From contig JAUCBJ010006544.1 of the NCBI GenBank assembly GCA_032718475.1, positions 1 through 34,402 on the forward strand: DNA of 34,402 nt. Reading direction: 5' to 3'. Source of the stretch: Nemertoderma westbladi (lineage: Eukaryota > Animalia > Xenacoelomorpha). Below the pieces are notes generated by a model. The model did not search any database and was not told the DNA's origin. It saw nothing but the letters and a program-made list of their open reading frames with translations. Shown here in pieces: positions 23,041 through 34,402 of the stretch. Made by a program: the position numbers and the translations under genes. Each line of letters begins with the position of its first letter. The stretch's first letter is position 1.

Positions 23041-23493
23041 CTCGGAAACTTCTGCAGATATTATCGAATCGCGTTTGCTGATGAGTATACTTGTAACTGT
23101 GTTCAACTCAACACGGTCGTCGTCAGAACCCAGATCGAATACGAGTTCACCGTTGTTCAACGGAACACGATCCACGTCTAGGTAGATAACGCACCGACAT
23201 CCATCCACGTTGTCGTAACCCATTATATCGCCGATGTTGTAGACAACGTTATCTTTATTTGGTCTTCTGAACACCATTTTATTGGTTTTAAAGTCGAGTT
23301 CTAATATTTCCCTGCTGCTCGCATCTTCCCCTGACAGTTGTCTGTGCACCGAATAACTTAACGAATCTCCTCTTTGAATCTTGTCCACCAGGGTTTTTCG
23401 TAATGCGCTCTCGATGACTTCGGATCGGCCGAGTTTATAGTTGATGTGTGTTGATTGGTCGGCGATAGATAATGGGCGAGAGCGTCTGGCCAT
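23041..23493 (-). CDS. Nested formin gene, coding exon 1 (151 codons; possible PH-like domain)
   Basis: ATG at 23493 in aagATGG context with an in-frame stop upstream. It ends at GAG|gtaaga in phase 0, compatible with the acceptor at 22322. The beta-rich segment followed by a C-terminal helix is suggestive of a PH fold (inference). Confidence 0.7.
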
Positions 23494-24337
23494 CTTTAAC
23501 GATGTAAAGTGCACTTTACACAACTTGGTGTGTATTTCGTAGTTCTACTAATTTACCAGCCAGATTTATAGATATTTTATAAATTTAGTAATGAATTATT
23601 AATATTGTAAAATAAATTTACCCACGTAAAACATGTTTCTCACCTCCTCACCTCAAAATGTCACTGAATTGTAATACATTCATTTGTGTCTTCCTATTTC
23701 AAAGGGACAATAGCCTGCCAAACCAATTCCGGATCCAAGAGCTTAACATCAATTATTCCGCATTGTATTGAATAGTGAGCTAGTATCAGGAAGTTATACA
23801 CCGAAATTCAGTGTTACAATAAAATCCCCTAAGTTCTTATACTGAAATAATTGTTGGTGCCAAATATTATTATTATGTGGCTGGACTTATTATTATTAGT
23901 AAGTTGGTAATAATTTATAGTATTGTGTTGATACAAGGGAGGGGGGAGGGGGGGGGGGTGGTGTGGCACTGGACGCAAATCCCAACTCGGCGAATTAATA
24001 TCTCGCCTCATTGTTCTCTTCGCTACTTTGGGAAAGGAGCAGGTTACCGTGGCGCGTTTCTTCTAACCAAAACAATAAAAGAAAGTCAATAGAACATGTT
24101 GCAGTTTTATTTTTGAGAGTAATCAGCTGTTATTTGCGTCGATTTTTCCCTGGAGAGGGATGAATTCCCCCCCCCCCCCCCCCCACAATCTGATTGGGCT
24201 TGACTGGACCTAACCAATAAATTAAAATGTCAAATTATTTTCCTATCTTGGAACAATTAACCTTCTATTTATTACTCAGCCACAATAGCCTCTATTTCAG
24301 TACACCTCTTATGATAGCTAATTATTTTTTATTTTAG

Positions 24338-24561
24338 AACACGAAAGTCACAAACTTTGCGGCAGTGCCGACTACATGAACCTTCACTTTAAAGTCAAGT
24401 GGTTTTTCAACCAGTACGCCAGGAAGTTACCCCAGTTGAAGGATCAGGTGCCGCCCTACGCCAAATGGTTTGAGCCGTTCGTCTTGAACTGGCTGGACGA
24501 AAACGAACAACTCTCCATGGAGTTCAATATAGGCGCCTTCGAGAGGGATAAAAAGGATTTG
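24338..24561 (+). CDS. unc-13: Unc13 exon, MUN domain (phase 1/0)
   Basis: ttttag|AA CAC...TTG|gtgagt; [22 protein letters not shown]...[14 protein letters not shown]...ERDKKDL. Confidence 0.94.
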
Positions 24562-24685
24562 GTGAGTAAATAAAGTCGGATACAGGGGTAAAAAGGATTT
24601 GGTGTATAAATAAAGTCGAATACAGTGGTAAAAAGTATTTGGTGTATAAATAAAGTCGGATACAGTGGTAAAAAGGATTTGGTGT
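24545..24685. repeat. 40-bp tandem repeat (~3.5 copies) spanning the donor site of the exon ending at 24561
   Basis: gggataaaaaggatttg|gtgagtaaataaagtcggataca and copies; degenerate copies at 25020-25110. Confidence 0.92.
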
Positions 24686-26135
24686 AGGCCTATAAATCAG
24701 ACAGGAGAAATCAACTTTAAGATTGCTGTAATGTCTGTATTTTATGCTCTCATGTATGTTTTTAATACCCATATTATGGAATATACTAAAATCTCAATTT
24801 CGTAACGATTTTATTATGAACTACATATTTTTACTGCAAATCTAGTGCAATTCATTAAATATTTTATATTACAGTCAGTTTTTATGCAATCATTACATTA
24901 GTCTGTATGTATGGTGTATTTATTCTACGTATATTGATGTTCATACTTTCTTTGTACCAAAGCGCCTAGAACATCGCGTAAAGGCGCATAATAAATATAT
25001 ATTATTACGTATTATATTATAAATAAAGTCGGATACAGGGATAAAAAGTATTTGCTTAGTAGATATAGTCTGATGGACGGATAAAAAGATTTTGGGAGTA
25101 AATAAATAGGTGTAGGGATACGTATATGTGATTATGTGAGTTCCATAAATTTGGTGTTAATTAAAGGATTCATTTATTTGTTAATTACAAAATTAAAAAA
25201 TCCCCTCAACCCTCAACTGTAATTGACCAAAACCTTCCATAACCTAAACTTTAACTACAGTAAAATCGGTCCCAACTTAGTTAATCGGTGTTTTAGTAAT
25301 ACCCACTACTACTATATCATACAATAACAGATAACTTGTTACTAAACTAAAATGTTCTAGAATTTTATTACCTCCAGCAAGCTCTCTATTGATGAGATTA
25401 CCAAAACAAGTAATAATTTTAGAATTAAATAAAATAATCCACACTGAGAGAAAAAAAGTTTTTTTCACTTCCGTCAATTTCTTTTCCTTTCCACGATGGA
25501 ACGAGAAGATAACACCAGTTCTTCCACAATGAATAAAACATTTGTTATGTATTCAATATTGTTCCAGTTTTAACAACGCAGTTATTCTTAACAAAATATG
25601 GATTCCGATCGAAATGTTGATTTTGGTATTCCAAATCTGTAAAATTTGAATTTTTTATTTTAAACAAAGCGAAATTAACAAATCTGACTCATCACCCACT
25701 ATGAAGTCTATCTCACTTCAAATCCATTGCGATGTCAATAAATAATCCTTATTAATATTATATGCAAGATACTTTATGTTGACAAATGCTGTATTCAATA
25801 TCTATTCAATATGTATCCAATATTAAAATATAAGTCGAATACGTATGTCATAAAATCGCGTCATCAGCAAACTAATGGATCTCATTAAGAAATTATCTAA
25901 GTGCATTTAGTGTGTAACTGTGAATTTAATGCGATATTTAAAATTAAAATAATTGGTTTGTACCGGTACTGTATACATTTGGTACTAGTGTAATTTATGT
26001 AGTGTATACATAAATTACACTAGCACACTATAGTAAATATAGTAATTAACTATTTAAATTGACTGTTTAGTTTTGTGAATAAATGAGGCTTGTAAAGTTA
26101 AAAAAAAAATTTTAATCTTATATTTTATATTGCAG

Positions 26136-26357
26136 TTCCAGCGTAGTTCTAACCACGCCCTATTCTCGTGTTCCGTCGTCGATATTTTTGCACATCTAAA
26201 CCAAAGTTTCGACATAATTCGTAAACTAGAGTGTCCAGACCCGCAGGTACAGAACATGTACATGTTGCGATTCAGTCAGACACTCAGTAAAGTTCTCAAT
26301 AAGTACGCAGAACTCACGAAGAAAGAGTTCCCAAACGTTACAGGAACACAGAAAACA
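26136..26357 (+). CDS. unc-13: Unc13 exon, MUN domain (phase 0/0)
   Basis: ttgcag|TTC...ACA|gtaagt; [36 protein letters not shown]... Confidence 0.94.
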
Positions 26358-26416
26358 GTAAGTTATTAAATATAATATCAAGTCCTACAGGCCTACAGTG
26401 TGTAATGATTCCTTTG

Positions 26417-29400
26417 AACTACCCCCTTCTCATGTATAGGCCCCCATTGTAATGAACTACCACCTTCTCCCACAGGCCCACATTGTAATGAACTACTCCC
26501 CTTCTCCCCCAGGCCCCAAATTTGTAATGAACTACCACCTTCTCCCACAGGCCCCCATTGTAATGAACTACCCCCTTCTCATACAAGCCCACATTGTAAT
26601 TAACTACCACCTTCTCCTACAGGCCCCCATTGTAATGAACAACCCCCTTCTCATACAAGCCCACATTGTAATGAACTACCACCTTCTCCTACAGGCCCCC
26701 ATTGTAATGAACAACCCCCTTCTCACACAAGCCCACATTGTAATGAACTACCACCTTCTCCTAAAGGCCCCCATTGTAATGAACAACCCCCTTCTCATAC
26801 AAGCCCACATTGTAATGAATTTCCTTCTCCTACAGGCCGCCATTGTAATGAACAACCCCTTTCTCATACAAGCCCACATTGTAATGAACTACCACCTTCT
26901 CATACAAGCCCACATTGTAATGAACTACCACCTTCTCCTACAGGCCCCCATTGTAATGAACAACCCCCTTCTCATACAAGCCCACATTGTAATGAACTAC
27001 CACCTTCTCCTACAGGCCCCCATTGTAATGAACTACCTTCTCCTAAAGGCCCCCATTGTAATGAACAACCCCCTTCTCATACAAGCCCACATTGTAATGA
27101 ATTTCCTTCTCCTACAGGCCGCCATTGTAATGAAAAACCCCTTTCTCATACAAGCCCCCATTGTAATGAACTACCTTCTCCTAAAGGCCCCCATTGTAAT
27201 GAACAACCCCCTTCTCATACAAGCCCACATTGTAATGAATTTCCTTCTCCTACAGGCCGCCATTGTAATGAACTACCACCTTCTCATACAAGCCCACATT
27301 GTAATGAACTACCACCTTCTCCTACAGGCCCCCATTGTAATGAACTACCACCTTCTCCTACAGGCCCCCATTGTAATGAACAACCCCCTTCTCATACAAG
27401 CCCACATTGTAATGAACTACCACCTTCTCTCACAGGCCCCCATTGTAATGAACTACCACCTTCTCCTACAGGCCCACATTGTAATGAACTACCACCTTCT
27501 CCTACAGGCCCCCATTGTAATGAACAACCCCCTTCTCATACAAGCCCACATTGTAATGAACTACCCCCTTCTCATACAAGACCACATTGTAATGAACTAC
27601 CACCTTCTCCTACAGGCCCCCATTGTAATGAACTACCACCTTCTCCCACAGGCCCCCATTGTAATGAACTACCACCTTCTCTCACAGGCCCCCATTGTAA
27701 TGAACTACCCCCTTCTCATACAAGACCACATTGTAATGAACTACCACCTTCTCTCACAGGCCCCCATTGTAATGAACTACCACCTTCTCCCACAGGCCCC
27801 CATTGTAATGAACTACCACCTTCTCTCACAGGCCCCCATAGTAATGAACTACCCCCTTCTCATACAAGACCACATTGTAATGAACTACCACCTTCTCCTA
27901 CAGGCCCCCATTGTAATGAACAATCCCCTTCTCATACAAGCCCACATTGTAATGAACTACCACCTTCTCCTACAGGCCCCCACTGTAATGAACTACCACC
28001 TTCTCCCACAAGCCCCCATTGTAATGAACAACCCCCTTCTCATACAAGCCCACATTGTAATGAACTACCACATTCTCCTACAGGCCCCCATTGTAATGAA
28101 CAATCCCCTTCTCATACAAGCCCACATTGTAATGAACTACCACCTTCTCCCACAGGCCCCCATTGTAATGAACTACCACCTTCTCCCACAGGCCCACATT
28201 GTAATGAACTACCACCTTTTCCTACAGGCCCCATTGTAATGAACTATCCCCTTCTCATACAAGCCCCCATTGTAATGAACTATCACCTTCTCCCACAGGC
28301 CCCCATTTTAATGAACTACCACCTTCTCCCACAGGCCCACATTGTAATGAACTACCACCTTTTCCTACAGGCCCCCATTGTAATAAACTACCACCTTCCC
28401 TCACAGGCCCCCATTGTAATGAACTACCACCTTCTCCCACAGGCCCCCATTGTAATGAACTAAAAACCTTCTCCCACAGGCCCCCATTGTAATGAACTAC
28501 CACCTTCTCTCACAGGCCCCCATTGTAATGAACAAACACCTTCTCCCACAGACCCCCATTGTAATGAACTACCACCTTCTCCCACAGGCCCCCATTGTAA
28601 TGAACTACCACCTTCTCCCACAGGCCCCCATTGTAATGAACTACCACCTTCTCTCACAGGCCCCCATTGTAATGAACTACCCCCTTCTCATACAAGCCAC
28701 CATTATAATGAACTACCACCTTCTCCCACAGGCCCCCATTGTAATGAACTACCCCCTTCTCATACAAGACCACATTGTAATGAACTACCACCTTCTCACA
28801 CAGGCCCCCATTGTAATGAACTACCACCTTCTCCCACAGGCCCCCATTGTAATGAACTACCACCTTCTCTCACAGGCCCCCGTTGTAATGAACAATCCCC
28901 TTCTCATACAAGCCCCCATTATAATGAACTACCACCTTCTCCCACAGGCCCCCATTGTAATGAACTACCACCTTCTCCTCACAGGCCCCCATTGTAATGA
29001 ACTACCACCTTCTCCCACAGGCCCCCATTGTAATGAACTACCACCTTCTCCCACAGGCCCCCATTGTAATGAACTACCACCTTCTCCCCAAGGCCCCCAT
29101 TGTAATGAACTACCACCTTCTCCCACAGACCCCCATTGTAATGAACTACCCCCTTCTCCTACAGGCCCCATTGTAATGAACTACCACATTCTCCCACAGG
29201 CCCCCATTGTAATGAACTACCCCCTTCTCCCACAGGCCCCCATTGTAATGAACTACCCCCATCTTCTACAGGCCCCATTGTAATGAACTACCACCTTCTC
29301 CCACAGGCCCCCATTGTAATGAACTACCACCTTCTCCCACAGGCCCCCATTGTAATGAACTACCACCTTCTCCCACAGGCCCCCATTGTTATGAACTACC

Positions 29401-31425
29401 ACCTTCTCCCACAGGCCCCCATTGTAATGAACTACCACCTTCTCCCATAGGCCCCCATTGTAATGAACTACCCCCTTCTTCTACAGGCCCCATTGTAATG
29501 AACTACCACCTTCTCCCACAGGTCCCCATTGTAATGAACTACCACCTTCTCTCACAGGCCCCCATTGTAATGAACTACCACCTTCTCCCACAAGCCCCCA
29601 TCGTAATGAACTACCACCTTCTCCCATAGGCCCTCCCATTGTGATTAACTGCCCCCTTCTACAGGCCCCCATTGTAATGAACTAACACCTTCTCCCACAG
29701 GCTCCCGTTGTAATGAACTGCCCCCCTTCTCCTACAGGCCCTATTGTAATGAACTACCACCTTCTCCCACAGGTCCCCATTGTAATGCCATTGTAATGAA
29801 CTAACACCTTCTCCCACAGGCCCCCAATGTAATGAACTACCACCTTCTCTCACAGGCCCCCATTGTAATGAACTCCCCCCCTTCACCCATAGGCCCCCAT
29901 TGTAATGAACTACCACCTTCTCCTACAGGCCCCCATTGTAATGAACTCCCCCCTTCTCCTACAAGCCCGCATTGTAATGAACTACCACCTTCTCCCACAG
30001 GCCCCCATTGTAATGAACTACCACCTTCTCTCACAGGCCCCCATTGTAATGAACTAACACCTTCTCCCACAGGCCCCCATTGTAATGAACTACCACCTTC
30101 TCCCACAGGCCCACATTGTAATGAACTACCACCTTTTCCTACAGGCTCCCATTGTAATAAACTACCACCTTCTCATACAGGCCCCCATTGTAATGAACTA
30201 CCACCTTCTCACACAGGCCCCCATTGTAATGAACTACCACCTTCTCCCACAGACCCCCATTGTAATGAACTACCACCTTCTCCTACAGGCCCCCATTGTA
30301 ATGAACTACCACCTTCTCACACAGGCCCCCATTGTAATGAACTACCACCTTCTCCCACAGGCCCCCATTGTAATGAACTACCACCTTCTCCCACAGGCCC
30401 ACATTGTAATGAACTAACACCTTCTCTCACAGACCCCCAATGTAATGAACTACCACCTTCTCCGACAGGCCCCCATTGTAATGAACTACCACCTTCTCCT
30501 ACAGGCCCCCATTGTAATGAACTACCCCCTTCTCTCACAGACCCCCATTGTAATGAACTACCACCTTCTCCTACAGGCCCCCATTGTAATGAACTACCAC
30601 CTTCTCACACAGACCCCCAGTGTAATGAACTCCCCCCTTCACCCATAGGCCCCCATTGTAATGAACTACCACCTTCTCCTACAGGCCCCCATTGTAATGA
30701 ACTCCCCCCTTCTCCTACAAGCCCGCATTGTAATGAACTACCACCTTCTCCCACAGGCCCCTATTGTAATGAACTACCACCTTCTCCCACAGACCCCCAT
30801 TGTAATGAACTACCACCTTCTCCTACAGGCCCCCATTGTAATGAACTACCACCTTCTCCTACAGGCCCCCATTGTAATGAACTCCCCCTTCTCATACAAG
30901 CCCACATTGTAATGAACTACCACCTTCTCCTACAGGCCCCCATTGTAATGAACTCCCCCCTTCTCATACAAGCCCACATTGTAATGAACTCCCCCCTTCA
31001 CCCATAGGCCCCCATTGTAATGAACTACCACCTTCTCCTACAGGCCCCCATTGTAATGAACTCCCCCCTTCTCCTACAAGCCCGCATTGTAATGAACTAC
31101 CACCTTCTCCCACAGGCCCCTATTGTAATGAACTACCACCTTCTCCCACAGGCCCCCATTGTAATGAACTACCACCTTCTCCTACAGGCCCCCATTGTAA
31201 TGAACTACCACCTTCTCCTACAGGCCCCCATTGTAATGAACTCCCCCTTCTCATACAAGCCCACATTGTAATGAACTACCACCTTCTCCTACAGGCCCCC
31301 ATTGTAATGAACTCCCCCCTTCTCATACAAGCCCACATTGTAATGAACTACCACCTTCTCCCACAGGCCCCCATTGTAATGAACTGCCCCCCTTCTCCTA
31401 CTAGGCCTGCATAGTAATGAACAAC
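26417..31425. repeat. 36-bp minisatellite, ~140 copies, filling nearly the whole intron and ending in the acceptor and start of the exon at 31405
   Basis: Unit atgaactaccaccttctcc(c/t)acaggcccccattgta; the copy number is estimated as length/36. Confidence 0.97.
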
Positions 31426-31571
31426 ATCCAACAACTGCGGATTCAGTTAGAGAAGGTTTACGATGGGATGGGTGGGGACCGCGTAGACAGACAGGCGTCG
31501 GCTATCCTACAGGATTTACAGAAATACCTCCACGAACTGCTCAACCAACTAGCTGCCGTATTCGCTAAGAG
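31405..31571 (+). CDS. unc-13: Unc13 exon, MUN domain (phase 0/2)
   Basis: ctactag|GCC...AG|gtaagg; ACIVMNNIQQLRIQLEKVYDGMGG...LAAVFAK. Confidence 0.92.
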
Positions 31572-31781
31572 GTAAGGCGACATTACATATCGGTAGGTCT
31601 GGTTTTTGCTCCAATGATTTTTCCCGCAATACAATCTAACTTTTGGTGTTATGTGCCATTATTTAACATTCCGACTCAAAATTATAATATATCGGTTTAG
31701 TATAGGAAGATAAAGATTAATATAAAAAGAAGCGTAAAAATATCTGGGCATAATTTTATCCCACTACTCGTCTTTCCTTAG

Positions 31782-31962
31782 CATGGAAATTCAGATACGT
31801 AAAACGGTTATGGAGCTGTCCAAGCTCTTACACGGGATAAAGGGCTCTGGGAACATTCAGCTGAACAAACCCGAGGTTAAAAACGAGGTAGCTCAATGTT
31901 CGGATAATGTGTTGCGGCCTCTAATGGATCTGTTGGATGGGAAACTATCCATGTTCGCTGAG
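31782..31962 (+). CDS. unc-13: Unc13 exon, MUN/MHD2 region (phase 2/0)
   Basis: ccttag|C ATG...GAG|gtgagt; (S)MEIQIRK...IKGSGN...DNVLRPLMDLLDGKLSMFAE. Confidence 0.92.
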
Positions 31963-32139
31963 GTGAGTGAAGTGGGTCTATAATTGGTAGCAAAGAAGGC
32001 GCCAAAGAGGTTAGTGGTAGGCCAAGTGTAGGAAAGTGATACTAAGTAGTGAGAAAATAAAACTATGGGAATGAGATTGAGTTGCTTTATTTGAATCTTA
32101 ATTATAATGAGCAGTATTCCTCTTTATTCTCAGTGTTTA

Positions 32140-34402
32140 TAATTACGGAACTGAAGGCAGCGGAAGCCCGAGTAGAGGGAACCCAGCATCACATTGCCGT
32201 TCGTCTAGCTGACCCGAACCTGCTCGAGCATGCAGTCCGCCAGGCAAATACCTGGTGCGAGGGTAAACTAGAGCAGAGGAGGGCTGACCATGACGAGAAG
32301 ATTAGGTGGTGGGCAGGGAGCCTAGGGACTCCCTTACTTAATGTCAAAGGCACAGTCCGGTGTGAAGACTGGAGAGCGTTGCCTGAGATGTGGAGTCGGT
32401 GCTCAGACTTGGGGCCAAGAATCCGGTCAAAACCAAGTTTGACACCGCACTCTTCTACACACAGGTGGATTTCACCCACACCACTGATGCTGACAGAGTA
32501 AGTGTGTCCCACCATTCCCAGAATTATACGCCAGGTTGATGCGCCTCCAGCGGCAATCTGATGCTGTCGCTACAACGGCGCGTTACCTGAAGCACCAGGG
32601 ATTGATTGCTGTGCCGTTCGACAAGGGGAATGGATTCTGTGTGCTGAGGAAGGAGTCATACCTCGCTCGGGCTGACAGGCCCCTACGTCCAATAACCTCC
32701 ATGCCCGGCAGCATTTACCATCCTATCGCTGAGTTCCTCAGAGATATGTTGGACGCGCTGCCCGAAGGAAAGATATCGACTAACAGTGCTGGAGCTGCCA
32801 GAATTCTCGCTGAACTGGATGTAGAACCCACGGACCGTCTCTATACTCACTGGACGTTGTGAGTTTATTCACTAACGTCCCACTGAGGGAAGCGGTGCAG
32901 GTCTCTGCTGATCTACTGTATGAGCAACATCCTGACACCCAGCCAATCAGCAAGGACCAATTTATTCGTCTGATGCTGTTGGCTACCAAGGATGTTATAT
33001 TCCTAGATCACCATGGCAACTATACAGTACGTCTGTCAGAAAGATGGTGTCGCTATGGGGTCCCCTTTGGGTCCCATACTCGCCAACATCTTTCTCTCAC
33101 AGTTAGGCGAGCAGATCACTGTGGGGACCAGGCTCAGTACGAGGTACGTCGATGACGTGTTCAGTGTTGGAAGTAACGACCCCACTGAGAAGTTGAGGGA
33201 GGTCAATGACCTCCATCCGAATCTCAAGTTTACACTTGAGTTGGAGGAACAGGGTCGGTTGTCCTTTCTCGATATGGTTGTTGACACGTACGAGTCACGC
33301 ACTTTCAACTGTTTGGTACCGCAAGCCTACAGATACTGGGCTCGTCCTGAATGCTACAGTACTGTCCTGAGTCATACAAACGCGGTGTGGTTCGTGGTAT
33401 GTTCCATCGTATATTTAACGTCAGTAAGGGTAGGCCTAGGGATGGTTATCCCAACTCAATACTGCTTTTGGGGGAGGGAAGTATATTCTTCACAATAACC
33501 AATATACGGATGCGATGGTCCTACATGAGCTTACTGCGGTACAAGCCGATAGGGGGTGCACAGGCAGTGACACATGGACTGAAGTGCCAACGGTGGTTCC
33601 CACTGAGGTCATTGACCTTGATGGCAACGTGCCGGCTGACAGTTCCACGCCCATTATCTGTAAGTTTGTGTACCGTGGCCGGGCAACCGACCTCTTTGTT
33701 CGAAGGTTGTGTGGTCTCATACCCATGTCTTGCACACGGCCAGTTCGGTTTGTTTTTACAACCTCCAAACTGCGCCAGTCGCTCCCATCATTAAAACATC
33801 CTGTCCCTGATATCCTTGTTTCTAACGTCGTTAATTCTTTCTCCTGTCCCTCTTGTAAGGGGGGATATGTTGGACACACTACCCAACACCTGTTTGAACT
33901 CGTTAGACAACACCAGGACGGTACAGCCAATGACGGGAGTGAGCAGGGCAAGACTGTGCCCAACACATCATGTCGCACCGCGGCGAGCCCAATACACGAT
34001 GGCTGACTGACTGGCGCGAGCTTTTTAAACATTTCAAAGTTATTGCTAGGCACCCACTGCGGCCTGTTCTGTCAAAAGCTTGAAATGTACTACTGTATAT
34101 TCGCACGCGCCAGCCAGTTATCAACAAGCAGAAACGTGATTGGCGTAAGTTTGTGGTGCTGCTTCCCAGTGGTTAGTTAGTATGTATCAGCCCCATCACA
34201 CTTTGCCTGTTATTCTCCTTTGGGAACTTCACTCTACTGTCGTCCTGCTAGCTTGAGCATCCTGAGAAAGCCCGCTGTATTGGGGCGAAACCTACCGATC
34301 AGCTGTCTGCAGTCAGCTGATCACTGATTACATGCATGTCTGGGTCTCCAGTCGATTTTTCTTTACTTGTTGTACATACCTACCCCGGTACGGTTTTTTA
34401 CT
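32140..34402 (+). mobile_element. Degenerate Penelope-like retroelement (RT and GIY-YIG endonuclease)
   Basis: VPFDKGNGFCVL, PLRPITS, SLFTNVP, GVAMGSPLGPILANIFL, RYVDD, HPNLKFTLE, FLDM; GIY-YIG-like VVNSFSCPSCKGGYVGHTTQHL..RQH; multiple frameshifts. Confidence 0.88.
34255..34350 (+). ncRNA. Hammerhead-ribozyme-like motif (variant or degenerate) at the Penelope 3' end
   Basis: CTGAGAAA-GCCC-loop-GGGC-GAAAC with a possible stem III closing on GGGTC at 34342-34346. Stem I does not pair well. Confidence 0.4.

Noticed and set aside
26419-31271. Long repetitive ORFs (595, 263, 391 aa and others) on both strands
   Set aside because: They are a by-product of a 36-bp unit with stop-free frames. Frames shift at random indels and the array is intronic.

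Overview
Eukaryotic (invertebrate-type, AT-rich intron) genomic DNA. The backbone is an internal part of a + strand unc-13/Munc13 gene: 11 exons from 4668 to 31962 covering the C-terminal half of C2B and most of the MUN domain, with consistent splice phases. Two of these exons are diverged 267-nt tandem duplicates encoding the C2B Ca2+-binding loop 3 and look like mutually exclusive exons. A two-exon PH+FH1+FH2 formin gene is nested antisense in one intron. Other introns hold nested retroelements (a CRE-like fragment interrupted by an RTE LINE with an 11-bp TSD, a second inverted RTE 5' fragment, a degenerate LINE, a near-intact two-ORF LINE inside a foldback element, tRNA-derived SINEs, a Penelope-like element). 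The most unusual signal is that the intronic tandem repeats are amplified copies of the gene's own exon-intron junctions: a ~5-kb array of ~140 copies of one 3' splice site, a 30-32-bp array resembling a 5' splice site, a 40-bp array spanning another donor, and smaller junction duplications. All calls come from manual reading; no searches were run.
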